DNA of 64,000 nucleotides from Myxococcota bacterium (GTDB lineage Bacteria; Myxococcota_A; Polyangia; Polyangiales; Houyiibacteriaceae): NCBI GenBank assembly GCA_039030515.1, contig JBCCEA010000006.1, positions 47,352 to 111,351 of the forward strand, read 5' to 3'. Shown piece by piece: positions 55,314 to 64,000 of this stretch (position 1 is its first letter; each line of letters starts with the position of its first letter). The notes under the pieces were generated by a model. It saw only the letters and a program-made list of their open reading frames with translations, ran no database searches and was not told where the DNA came from. The position numbers and the translations under genes were made by a program.

Positions 55314-56219
55314 ATGAATTCATCCCAATCAAATCTGAATGATACTCACTATTGGGCTCTATGCTTTCCGCCGTTGGAACCGCATTCGGGAACACCTAAG
55401 GAAGTCAATTTTACCTTACAGCATCTGCCTATTACAGCGCTTCCCGACGGTTGCGGTCCTGGTGAGGGTGACCGTAGCCCATCATGCCATATCTGTTCCA
55501 AGCCACTGAACCAAGGGCCTCAGAAAAATGTATCCTGCTCAACCAACGCGGCGGGTAGCAATATTCCGTACGTGATGCATCGGTGGGATGAAGATCAACC
55601 ATGGAGCGCCGTCGCATGCGCTTCATGCATCATGAACAGTCGTCGAGTACAAACACTAAGGTCACTTGGATACCGGGGTTGGGTCGATTACCAAAGCTCA
55701 TCTGACGCGCCATCAGTGAATATCCCTCTAGGCCCGCTCACAGAAATACTTGACGAAAACACAAATTTCTTGTCGGCCAAATGGGGGAACATCACGGTTT
55801 ATCCACCAGGAGCTAGCTTGCGCGGGATGGTGCCAGGCGCAACTTGGGAATTTAAAGGTCGAGTGACAAACTACGAAAACCCGCTTTCAATTTTGCGGAG
55901 ACTGGGAATTGATTCACGAACATGCATCGCGTCACTCGCAATGCCGATGGGCGCAGCAGAGATCTCGCGTGGTGCGACCGGCAGAGCCAACCGGGCACTC
56001 AATTTTGTGATCGGCGTTTCGCTGTACATGTTTCTGCTTTCACGATACGTGCGCATGCGGCCATGGATGCCGCCCGTCGTAACTCAATGGGTAGCTCCCC
56101 CATTTGAAGCATTATTCGCCCTCACCGCGCTTCTTGGCTTTTTGATGAGAACGCTGCCCTACAGAGAACAGCTTTTACAGCTCCCGATGACCTGGACTGC
56201 GCGTAAGCACAATCCGTAG
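55314..56219 (+). CDS. ORFan, 301 aa: Cys/His cluster (zinc-finger-like) and two C-terminal hydrophobic helices
   Basis: C-x2-C-x13-C-x13-H-x12-C-x2-C; TM-like FVIGVSLYMFLL and FEALFALTALLGFLM; AT-richer than flanks. Confidence 0.65.
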   Translation: MNSSQSNLNDTHYWALCFPPLEPHSGTPKEVNFTLQHLPITALPDGCGPGEGDRSPSCHICSKPLNQGPQKNVSCSTNAAGSNIPYVMHRWDEDQPWSAVACASCIMNSRRVQTLRSLGYRGWVDYQSSSDAPSVNIPLGPLTEILDENTNFLSAKWGNITVYPPGASLRGMVPGATWEFKGRVTNYENPLSILRRLGIDSRTCIASLAMPMGAAEISRGATGRANRALNFVIGVSLYMFLLSRYVRMRPWMPPVVTQWVAPPFEALFALTALLGFLMRTLPYREQLLQLPMTWTARKHNP

Positions 56220-56291
56220 TTCGCTTGGTATCATGCTGTTCCTAGCGATGTCTCCTGGGCTCGCTCGTCGTGTGCTAGGTTTTGCTGAGCG

Positions 56292-57287
56292 ATGGCACGA
56301 TCGGAAGAACACGCTTCTAGCGAATTTGGGCTGACCACCGAGATTGAGGTGACCGATAGCGAGGTGCTTTTGCGCCTGGTGGGTCCAGGGGGGCGATACC
56401 TCAAGCAGATGGCCAAGGAGCTCGGCCTGCAGTTAGGTCATCGCGGCACGTGTATTCTGCTTGCGGGCGCGCCGGAGACGATAGCGCTCGGAGAGCGGGT
56501 GGTCCGCGAGCTTTTGGATGCACTCGAAAAACGCGATCTCAGTGAAGTCGAACTCGGCCGCCTGACGAGAATGTTGCGGGACGATCCCACGATTCGGCTA
56601 CGGGATTTCTGCGATGAAGTGGTCCTGATCACGGCCCAGCGAAAATCGATTCGTCCAAAGGGGCTCTCTCAGCAGAACTATGTGCATGCCATGCGCGAGC
56701 ACGATGTGGTGTTTGGTGTGGGTCCAGCGGGAACAGGCAAGACCTACCTGGCGATGGCGATGGCGGTGCACCACCTCTTGCAGAAAAGGGTGAAGCGGAT
56801 CGTGCTCACGCGTCCGGCGGTAGAGGCAGGGGAGCGACTCGGGTTTTTGCCGGGCGACTTGGAGGAAAAGGTCAATCCCTACCTCAGGCCGCTCTACGAT
56901 GCGCTTTACGACATGATGGACGAAGAGCGCGTTGAGCAGCTGCTGTCTCGGAATGGAGTTGAGGTCGCACCGCTCGCGTTCATGCGAGGCAGAACGCTAA
57001 ACGACTGCTTTGTAATTTTGGATGAAGCGCAAAATACGACCGTCGATCAGATGAAGATGTTTCTCACCCGCCTCGGCGCCGAGAGTAAAGCCGCCGTAAC
57101 CGGAGACATCACTCAGGTCGATCTCCCTTCAGGTCAGCCGAGTGGTCTTGCGGACGCGGTCTCTCTACTGAGCGATATCGAAGGCATCAAGGTCTGTCGC
57201 TTTTACGACGGAGATGTCGTTCGTCATCCGCTGGTGCAGCGGATCGTGCAGGCCTACGAAGCGCGCAGCGCACAGCGCACTCGATGA
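56292..57287 (+). CDS. phoH: PhoH family ATPase (YbeZ-like)
   Basis: GPAGTGKTYLA, LTRPAVEAGERLGFLPGD, PYLRPLYDAL, APLAFMRGRTLN, ILDEAQN, GDITQVDLP, VVRHPLV. Confidence 0.95.
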   Translation: MARSEEHASSEFGLTTEIEVTDSEVLLRLVGPGGRYLKQMAKELGLQLGHRGTCILLAGAPETIALGERVVRELLDALEKRDLSEVELGRLTRMLRDDPTIRLRDFCDEVVLITAQRKSIRPKGLSQQNYVHAMREHDVVFGVGPAGTGKTYLAMAMAVHHLLQKRVKRIVLTRPAVEAGERLGFLPGDLEEKVNPYLRPLYDALYDMMDEERVEQLLSRNGVEVAPLAFMRGRTLNDCFVILDEAQNTTVDQMKMFLTRLGAESKAAVTGDITQVDLPSGQPSGLADAVSLLSDIEGIKVCRFYDGDVVRHPLVQRIVQAYEARSAQRTR

Positions 57288-57299
57288 GAGCACCCAGAG

Positions 57300-58616
57300 C
57301 TATTTGGACTTCTTGGGGGCGTCTGAGCTTGGATGGGTAAGGGCGCTGCCGAATATCGCCATCGCTGCATAGCGCGCCTTAGGCATGGCGGCTTTCATCA
57401 CCTCGATATGCTCCTCGTGCAGTCCGTAGAAGGTGAAGGCATCGGCGTCTTGGCCTTGGTCCATCGCATCGGCCGCATGGAGCGATTGAGCGACCACCTG
57501 GTTTTCGAGATTACCGGCCTGACCGAGAAGTAGATCCGAAAGACCCAGCGTGTCCATCGCCAACGTCTCGAGTTGATGGTGCCGGGTGCGCATCGCCGCC
57601 TCGAGACCGGCCAAGTCTACCGTCGGCATTTCTCCCTCGTCATGCATCAGGCCTACCGTGTAGAGCATCAGCGTTGCGCCCAGGTCGTGAAATAGGGCGA
57701 CAGCGTAGCTCGCTTCGGGATCGGCTTCGTTGAGCGGAGCGAGTGCCTGCGCGACAATGGCGGCGACGAGGTTGTGACGTAGCCGAATCAAAATGGCTTC
57801 CCGCAGTGATTTGTCGGACCCCACGACGTAGCCTCGAAGCGCGATCGCCTGGAGCAGTCGGGAAGCTTCATGCAGACCCAGCCGACCTACCGCCGTCTCG
57901 ACGCTGGTGGTCGGGTACGCTCCTCGATAGGCCGGACTGTTGGCAATGGCCAAAAGCTTTGCGGCGGCCACCGGATGGGTTCGCACGCATTCAGCGAGAT
58001 CATGAAACGTCGTCCTTGGGTCGTTGATCAAGGTCCGGGCCTGCTCCATCAAAGGATTGGAGACCGGCCCCGGTAGATCTCCGGATTTGAGTCGTTTGAG
58101 CACGAGATTGTAAAGCCGGAACGCCCGATCCAGGTCGTATTCCAGATCGGCGGTATTTGAAGCGACCAGCTGCTTCAATGCAGCGAGGTCACACGGAGCA
58201 GCGCCGCTGGTCGCTGTGGAAGCGAGATGCAGTATCGAGTCGGTCAGTCCCCCGAGGGAGCTCGGGCCGACGATCACGTGTACCCCATCATGGGACATCG
58301 GTTCGTCCGAGACGTTCCGGTCGACGATGATCGCGGGAACCGACCCGGTAGTGCGCATGCTGCGTAGACCCCGCGCGAGTTCGTAGGAAGAGGTGCCGGC
58401 AAGATCTGCGTTCATCACCAGCACATCTGGGATACCCACCGAAGCGAGCGTGTGAAAGACATCGCTCAACGTGCCGGCGCCAAAAACCTCAAACCCTACC
58501 AGCGATAGAGAGCGTCCCAGATGCCATCGAATCGGGCTGATCGGTTCAGCGAGTAGAGCAACCGGCGCAGCATCGGAAGTTGGCTTGGCGTTTGAATGGG
58601 TGATGGAACCCTCCAC
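57300..58616 (-). CDS. HDOD-domain signalling protein with a degenerate receiver-like N-terminus
   Basis: LPGP...AAKLLAIANSPAY...SVETAVGRLG...ALFHDLG. Confidence 0.82.
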   Translation of the reverse strand: MEGSITHSNAKPTSDAAPVALLAEPISPIRWHLGRSLSLVGFEVFGAGTLSDVFHTLASVGIPDVLVMNADLAGTSSYELARGLRSMRTTGSVPAIIVDRNVSDEPMSHDGVHVIVGPSSLGGLTDSILHLASTATSGAAPCDLAALKQLVASNTADLEYDLDRAFRLYNLVLKRLKSGDLPGPVSNPLMEQARTLINDPRTTFHDLAECVRTHPVAAAKLLAIANSPAYRGAYPTTSVETAVGRLGLHEASRLLQAIALRGYVVGSDKSLREAILIRLRHNLVAAIVAQALAPLNEADPEASYAVALFHDLGATLMLYTVGLMHDEGEMPTVDLAGLEAAMRTRHHQLETLAMDTLGLSDLLLGQAGNLENQVVAQSLHAADAMDQGQDADAFTFYGLHEEHIEVMKAAMPKARYAAMAIFGSALTHPSSDAPKKSK

Positions 58617-58788
58617 AACACCTCCCTCAGGCTTAGACTACGGCAAAACCTTGGGGTTTGTGAAATGTTGAATGATGCTGAAGTCTCTTACCCTTCAGAA
58701 GATGTAGATCACGAGGCCCAGCAGGAATTGATCGATCCATCGAACGTCGATTTTCGGCAGCCCTCTGCCTGCGCTATTGTCGGCGTCC

Positions 58789-59697
58789 ATGCAGGACCGT
58801 ATCGCTGACAGCGTTCTCGAGTTGGTGGGCAACACCCCTCTTATCCGTCTTTCCCGCCTCTTTCCCGCCTCTGGTGCCGAGGTCTGCGGCAAGCTGGAAT
58901 CGCAAAATCCCGCGGGCAGTGTGAAAGATCGACCCGCGCTCGCCATGATCGATGAGGCGGAGAAGCAGGGCTTGCTGTCGAGAAGAGCCACCATTATCGA
59001 GGCTACCAGCGGCAATACCGGCATCAGTTTGGCCATGATCTCCGCGGTGCGCGGGTATCGTTGCGTCATCGTGATGCCGGAGGACATGAGTCTCAGTCGG
59101 CGTCAAATACTGCGAAGTTACGGAGCCGAGGTACGGCTCACACCCGCGCATGAGGGGATGGCCGGCGCCGTCGAGACAGCGCAGCGGCTGCTGTCAGAGA
59201 CCGAGGGGGCGTTTATGCCGCGTCAGTTCGAAAATGAGGCAAACCCTGAGGTGCATGCGAACACAACGGCTCAAGAGATCTGGAGTGCTACCGAAGGGCG
59301 ACTGGATGCTTTTGTGGCGGGTGTGGGTACCGGAGGCACGGTTACCGGAGTCGCCCGATTTCTAAAGCAGCAACAGCCGGCGCTCCACGTGGTGGCGGTG
59401 GAACCCCGAGCCAGTGCGGTGCTTTCTGGCAAGTCGCCCGGGCTTCATGGAATCCAGGGGCTCGGTGCGGGGTTTGTGCCCCAAGTTCTCGATCGGAGTC
59501 TCGTCGATGAGATCATCACGGTGAGCGACGTCGCCGCCGACAAGATGACGTCCCGCCTCTCGGAGGAAGAAGGCCTGCTCTTGGGCCCCTCCGCGGGCGC
59601 AAACGTCCATGCCGCTTTGGAGGTTGCGCGCGGTTTGTCGCCGCAGCAGAGGGTCGTGACCATCCTCTGTGACGGTGGCGAGCGATACCTCGCCTGA
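58789..59697 (+). CDS. cysK: Cysteine synthase A
   Basis: VGNTPL, KLESQNPAGSVKDR (PLP lysine), EATSGNTG, GVGTGGT, HGIQGLGAGF, DGGERYL. Confidence 0.95.
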   Translation: MQDRIADSVLELVGNTPLIRLSRLFPASGAEVCGKLESQNPAGSVKDRPALAMIDEAEKQGLLSRRATIIEATSGNTGISLAMISAVRGYRCVIVMPEDMSLSRRQILRSYGAEVRLTPAHEGMAGAVETAQRLLSETEGAFMPRQFENEANPEVHANTTAQEIWSATEGRLDAFVAGVGTGGTVTGVARFLKQQQPALHVVAVEPRASAVLSGKSPGLHGIQGLGAGFVPQVLDRSLVDEIITVSDVAADKMTSRLSEEEGLLLGPSAGANVHAALEVARGLSPQQRVVTILCDGGERYLA

Positions 59698-59816
59698 CTG
59701 CACTCACGTGAAGCAATCCCTTGAGGTACGGCTGAGCGGAGTCGCTCAGGACGATTCGGACCGCGTACGGTGAACTGCCTGCGCCCACCACCGATCGGTT
59801 GAGGCTCGCACTCTAC

Positions 59817-59867
59817 TGAGGCGACGGGTACGACCGATGAGGTGATGGGTACGACCGATGAGGCGAT
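59817..59867. repeat. 21-bp tandem repeat (~2.4 copies), intergenic
   Basis: tgagg(c/t)ga(c/t)gggtacgaccga at 59817 and 59838, partial at 59859. Confidence 0.9.
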
Positions 59868-59869
59868 AT

Positions 59870-60873
59870 TCAGCCAGATGCGGCGGGCTCCGCATAGAAC
59901 TGCTTTGCCCAAAGTCGATACGGGATGATCGGACCGTCTCCCTTGGCGAGCGCAGGCTGCGTCACGTATCTCTTGGAGTTCCAGATCGGAGCGTCGAAGA
60001 AGACCTCCTTCCGTAGTCCCATGGCCACCAAAAAGTGCATGAGCTGCTTGATGCCGGGTAGGAAGGTGCCCTTGATCGAAGACGCGAGCCTCAGATCGAT
60101 GTGGGTTTCGTCGATCGGGGTAGGGAGGATGAAATGGCGCATCCTAAGCCGTGCGAAGGGAACGGTTCCCTCGACTAGGGACCAGCCCAAGCCGCATGCT
60201 TCGACCTTAAAATGCGCCCGGACAGAGGCACTCGGGAGTCCAAGAAAGCCGAGGCTCGCGTCGATGCCGTACCCGGTTCGGAGCACCGGAGCGTCGATGG
60301 TGAGTTGCTCCTCAATCCAGGCATCAGAAAAACCGTGAACCTCCGTAAAGTGTCCAAAACCCACTCTGTTCTCGGTTGTCTCCTGAGGATGTGAGTTCAG
60401 GTTGACAACGGTGCTCCAAAGGCCTGTCCGCCCTTCTTGGCTCAGTTCAGGTACCTCCCATCGTGAAGGCTCGTGCTCCGGATGGTGCCACATGAGGATG
60501 AACCCGTTTCGTTCCACCACGTGATAGGACTTGAGTACCGTCTTGCGCGGAGTTTTGCTTCCGTAGGCGTTGCCTACACAGGTGCCCTGAGCGTTGAAGC
60601 AAAAACCATGGAACCCACACCGAACTCTGCCCCGCTCTAGTGCTCCGTGGGTGCCGAGGTCTGCTCCCAGATGCGGACAATAGGCATCAAGCCCATGAGG
60701 CACGCTTCTTCGTCTCGAAACAGGATGAAGTCTTGCGCGAAGTAGTATCTGCGTAAGATGGCACCCGGCTTGAGTTCCGCACTCGTTGCCACCGCGAACC
60801 AGCCGCAAGGCAGGGAGGCAAAGGGAACCTGCTTTTCGGGGGATCGTGTCGAGGAAGGCTTGGACTTCCCTAT
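59870..60873 (-). pseudogene. Frameshifted Rieske non-heme oxygenase (KshA/sterol-desaturase-like)
   Basis: The expected N-terminus (LPCGWFAVATSAELKPG...FILFRDEE) is in a different frame from VPHGLDAYCPHLG...CGFHG, implying a 1-bp loss near 60705. That frame has no ATG (ATA at 60873), and the ENxxDxxH motif reads ENRVGFGH. Confidence 0.75.
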
Positions 60874-60972
60874 CTGTAAGAGAGAATTCCTGGTGCGCTA
60901 GCTCCGTGACGCCTTTGAACGACTGCAACGGCCAGTGCGGTCACTACAGGGCCGGACCACCTCCTCGCGTAT

Positions 60973-61016
60973 CGTCGTCAAGCACATCCGTGTCCGTCGT
61001 CAAGCACATCCGTGTC
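60973..61016. repeat. Perfect 22-bp tandem duplication, intergenic
   Basis: cgtcgtcaagcacatccgtgtc at 60973 and 60995. Confidence 0.92.
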
Positions 61017-61049
61017 CTTGCCGAAACACCCCTAGCGATGCGTGAAACC

Positions 61050-63770
61050 CTAAGTCCGTAGGTGACTCGCTATGAGGGGCGGTAGCCCAGCCTGAGCATC
61101 CCTACAGGCGGCAAGTGAGACTCGATGTGCCTTCACGAGCCGCCACATCGAGGGACGACAGGTCAGTATGAGAATCTGCGTTTTTTCCGCCGCGCTCTGC
61201 AGAAGATGCAGGAGCTGGCCAAAACGTGGATCGTCGCTGTGCGCCGGCGCGTCGTCGAGTATCACCGGTGGTGGCGTACCCTCCTCTGCCAAAATCTCGG
61301 CAAATGAAAGACGGCTCAAAATAGCCAACTGCTCTCGCGTGCCGTAACTCAACGTCTCAAAAGGCTCGAGTGTCGACCGCTCGAGTCCGACCGCAGTCAT
61401 ACGCGAGGAAAGTTGCAGGGTCTGCCCCGGGAATATGCGATCGACGTAACGCTGCATTCGCTTTTGGAGCGGTGCCTGGAAACGATCGAGATTTCGTTTG
61501 GCAATAGATTTCAAGGTTTCATCGAGGAGGGTCAGGGATCTGCGTTCCCGCTCATCTCTTGCGTTTTGCTCTCCGAGTCGCATGACGGTTTGCTCTAGTT
61601 CCGCTTGTCGCTCTCCAAGCCCCGTTTGACCGCTTCCTGCCAAAAACGCTCGATGTCTACTGAGCTCTAGCCGAAGCTGCTGATCCTGGTCCCGGCACGC
61701 CTCTAGGTTTTTTTTCGCCTGCGTCCATTGTTCTGCCGCCGTATCGAAGAGCCCTTCTCGCCATTGTTTTTCGAGCTCTAAGACTTCCTGCTCTCTCGCC
61801 TGACGTTCGGCCGAAGCACCACGGAGTGTCTCGTCTAAGACAGAATTGGAGAGATCCTGCTGCGCCTCTGCGTACGTTTGCTTGGCTTGATGCAGATGCC
61901 GCGACTCTGCCTCCCGCTGGCCCTGAAGTGAGGCCAGCTGTTGGTCCAGGGTCGAAAGGAGCGCCCTTGTGCGCGTCAGTTCTGCCTGGACATATTCGAT
62001 CTTTTGCGAAATCTCCCGACACGCATCCTCTGATGTCGAAAGCTGAGTTTGTGCTTCGGCCAAAGAGATCGAGGCGCCATCCCCATCGGTCAGGCCCAAC
62101 TGGAGTTGCGGCTCAGGTTCAGAATCTTGAGAGAGATCATGCCAAACCCCCTGACTGCGCTGCAGCTCCTCGCGAAGCATATCGATTCCAATTGGCGCGT
62201 GCGCGTCTATAACTTGCGCAAGGGATGCGAGTTCGTTCTCGTCGCTTCTGCGACGTTCGTAAGCGACCCGCACATCGTCCACGCTCGATAGTCCAAGCTC
62301 GGCCAGTGCTGCCTGATACTCCGCCTCGTAGCGGCGACCCGCCTCCTGTTCTCGACGCCGATCTTCTCCTCCTGGGTGGATGACGATCGAGCCGAGCGTG
62401 CCGAGTTCGAGCGTGGCGCTTTGGTCCAGCAAGAGGGGCTGCTTTAAGTCCAAGAGAACCCCTGCCAGCCGCACCTCACCCTCGTACCCGCTGAGGTCGA
62501 CCCTTGTAGAGGTTGCAACAAGCATGTGCTGCACCCTAAGTGCCGCGTCTCGCAGGCGCTCCAGCTTCCGGTAGCACGCTTCCGTTATCGGGTTGTCGCG
62601 AAGGCGTAACTCAAGATGCCGCTGCTGTTTGGAGGCCGCCTCTAGCTTGCGAAGGCGTTCTTTCAGCTGGCTCAGCTCGTGCGCGCAGAGAGCGCGATCC
62701 CGGCTCAGTTGCGCGACGCTTCTCCGTTCGAGGGCCGTTGCTTGCTCCGCTTTTAGCGCGCCAAGCTCGGTTTCCAGTCGTGTGCACTCCCGATGCGGGA
62801 CATGCCGCTTTATCGATTCGTGTTCTGCCAGGAGCGCTGCGATCTTGTGTTCGGATGCGGTGAAGGTTTCGACCTGTGACTTGCGTTGCTGATGCAATTC
62901 AAAGAACCGCTGATGAGTCCGAACAGCCTCCGCATGGTGTTTCTGTGCGTGCTCCTTTTTCTCTTTTATCGAAAGGGCGCGTTGCTGGAACGCTTCAGCC
63001 TTGGCGGCTTGTACCTCAAGCTCTGCGATTCGATCCTGCATCGACGTCGCGTCTCTTTGCTGCTGTTCCAGTGCATTTTGACGTGAATCGTACTCGGCGA
63101 GAAGTGCACGCACGGATTCCAGCTCGGTTTTGGCTTCCTGAAGGTGTTGAAGGCGTTTGCGGTAAGCGCCTACCGGCACGCCCTTTTTGCCGACCCAGCC
63201 GGCAAGTCGCGATTCGATTCGCTGCATCAATCTCTGTCCCACGTCGCCATGAAGTGCGTCCTCGACTTCCCGGTCGAGTGCGCTGCGCAATTTCGTTTCG
63301 GCGGCTTGGTTTGGCTCCGTTTCGAGGATGGTGCTGCCCTGATCGAGGATAAAGAGCGACCACACGCCGCGATGTTCAGGTCGGCTCGGACCTCTTTTCG
63401 GAATCTGAATGCCGAGGAGCGCCTCCAGAGCGTCTTCAGCGGCGGTCCCTCGGTAGCGCACGCTCGGTCCTTCGAGGAGCGCTTCGGGCTGTTGGCAGTA
63501 GGCTTTACGAAGCAGGTAGGATGATCCGGCGATCGAAAACCGAAGCTCGATGGTCGGTCGCACTTGACTGCCGAAAGGGAGCATTCGTTTTGCGATCTGA
63601 CCGCTGACTCGGTGCCGCTGAAAAAGAACAGTTTGGATCGCGTCGACCAGCGTGGATTTTCCGGTTTCGTTCGCACCCTCGATGAGGTTCAGCCCCCTTG
63701 TCAGGCTGTCGATGCAGGTGTGCCCCCTCAGTGTTCGAAAATCCAAGATCTCGATAGCTTCGATGTACAT
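61050..63770 (-). CDS. SMC/Rad50-like AAA ATPase (SbcC/YhaN-type DNA repair protein)
   Basis: Walker A GANETGKST, long coiled coil, signature LSYGTREQL, Walker B VILDD, QILILTC. Confidence 0.88.
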   Translation of the reverse strand: MYIEAIEILDFRTLRGHTCIDSLTRGLNLIEGANETGKSTLVDAIQTVLFQRHRVSGQIAKRMLPFGSQVRPTIELRFSIAGSSYLLRKAYCQQPEALLEGPSVRYRGTAAEDALEALLGIQIPKRGPSRPEHRGVWSLFILDQGSTILETEPNQAAETKLRSALDREVEDALHGDVGQRLMQRIESRLAGWVGKKGVPVGAYRKRLQHLQEAKTELESVRALLAEYDSRQNALEQQQRDATSMQDRIAELEVQAAKAEAFQQRALSIKEKKEHAQKHHAEAVRTHQRFFELHQQRKSQVETFTASEHKIAALLAEHESIKRHVPHRECTRLETELGALKAEQATALERRSVAQLSRDRALCAHELSQLKERLRKLEAASKQQRHLELRLRDNPITEACYRKLERLRDAALRVQHMLVATSTRVDLSGYEGEVRLAGVLLDLKQPLLLDQSATLELGTLGSIVIHPGGEDRRREQEAGRRYEAEYQAALAELGLSSVDDVRVAYERRRSDENELASLAQVIDAHAPIGIDMLREELQRSQGVWHDLSQDSEPEPQLQLGLTDGDGASISLAEAQTQLSTSEDACREISQKIEYVQAELTRTRALLSTLDQQLASLQGQREAESRHLHQAKQTYAEAQQDLSNSVLDETLRGASAERQAREQEVLELEKQWREGLFDTAAEQWTQAKKNLEACRDQDQQLRLELSRHRAFLAGSGQTGLGERQAELEQTVMRLGEQNARDERERRSLTLLDETLKSIAKRNLDRFQAPLQKRMQRYVDRIFPGQTLQLSSRMTAVGLERSTLEPFETLSYGTREQLAILSRLSFAEILAEEGTPPPVILDDAPAHSDDPRFGQLLHLLQSAAEKTQILILTCRPSMWRLVKAHRVSLAACRDAQAGLPPLIASHLRT

Positions 63771-63819
63771 CGCTCGACTTCCGTTTCCGTGAAGATCTCA
63801 AGAGGTAGATCCGAGCAAC

Positions 63820-63999
63820 TCAAGGCATAGAACGGCTCAGCTGGCGATGCTCGAGCACCAAGATCGAAAGGGCTCGAGACGCATACTCGGATTCCGGATG
63901 AGAGGGGTCTTCGGCGATGTGCAGCAGGGTGCGCACCGCCTCGCCGACCATACCGGTTGAGAGTTCGGCCAAGTCGTGTGCGCAAGCCCGCGGCGCCAA
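63820..63999 (-). CDS. C-terminal fragment of a probable SbcD/YhaO-type DNA repair exonuclease (truncated by window end)
   Basis: Open frame LAPRACAHDLAELSTGMVGEAVRTLLHIAEDP...ALSILVLEHRQLSRSMP* directly upstream of the Rad50-like ATPase; identity inferred mainly from synteny. Confidence 0.5.
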   Translation of the reverse strand: MAPRACAHDLAELSTGMVGEAVRTLLHIAEDPSHPESEYASRALSILVLEHRQLSRSMP

Positions 64000-64000
64000 G

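Noticed and set aside
61050-63999. SMC-like ATPase as an anti-plasmid or anti-phage system (Wadjet/Lamassu)
   Set aside because: Motifs and the upstream fragment fit the common SbcCD/YhaN-YhaO repair pair; no jetABD or effector genes are visible, though the window ends here.

Overview
GC-rich bacterial chromosome segment, most likely a myxobacterium (Myxococcota, Polyangia/Sandaracinaceae-like). This is inferred from the kinase-STAND protein, giant kinase-TPR protein, PEGA and Cys-rich lipoproteins and RpoH-like sigma factor. From left to right it holds: (1) an actinobacterial-style aromatic carotenoid operon (fused crtI-crtB, crtT, crtU, crtY, crtV-like Rieske protein, MMPL exporter); (2) a divergent putative amino-lipid operon (acyltransferase, M14 peptidase, OlsB-like) and a ChaN lipoprotein; (3) a B12-binding CarH/LitR-like regulator coupled to an RpoH-like sigma factor and a membrane desaturase; (4) housekeeping genes (sthA, nadE, queD, bamD, phoH, cysK, SbcCD/YhaN-YhaO-like pair). 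The most unusual part is an AT-richer array of three paralogous ORFans (27796-33473). Two of them share an unrecognised ~140-aa repeated domain, Pro/Ala linkers and NLS-like motifs. The third is a nonsense-disrupted copy, and a duplicated 5' end of sthA marks a tandem duplication. Two more solitary effector-like ORFans lie at 47618-49402 and 55314-56219. About a dozen unrelated 18-24 bp tandem duplications occur mostly at gene ends. No rRNA, tRNA, CRISPR array, transposase or integrase was recognised. All calls come from reading motifs by eye; no database search was run.
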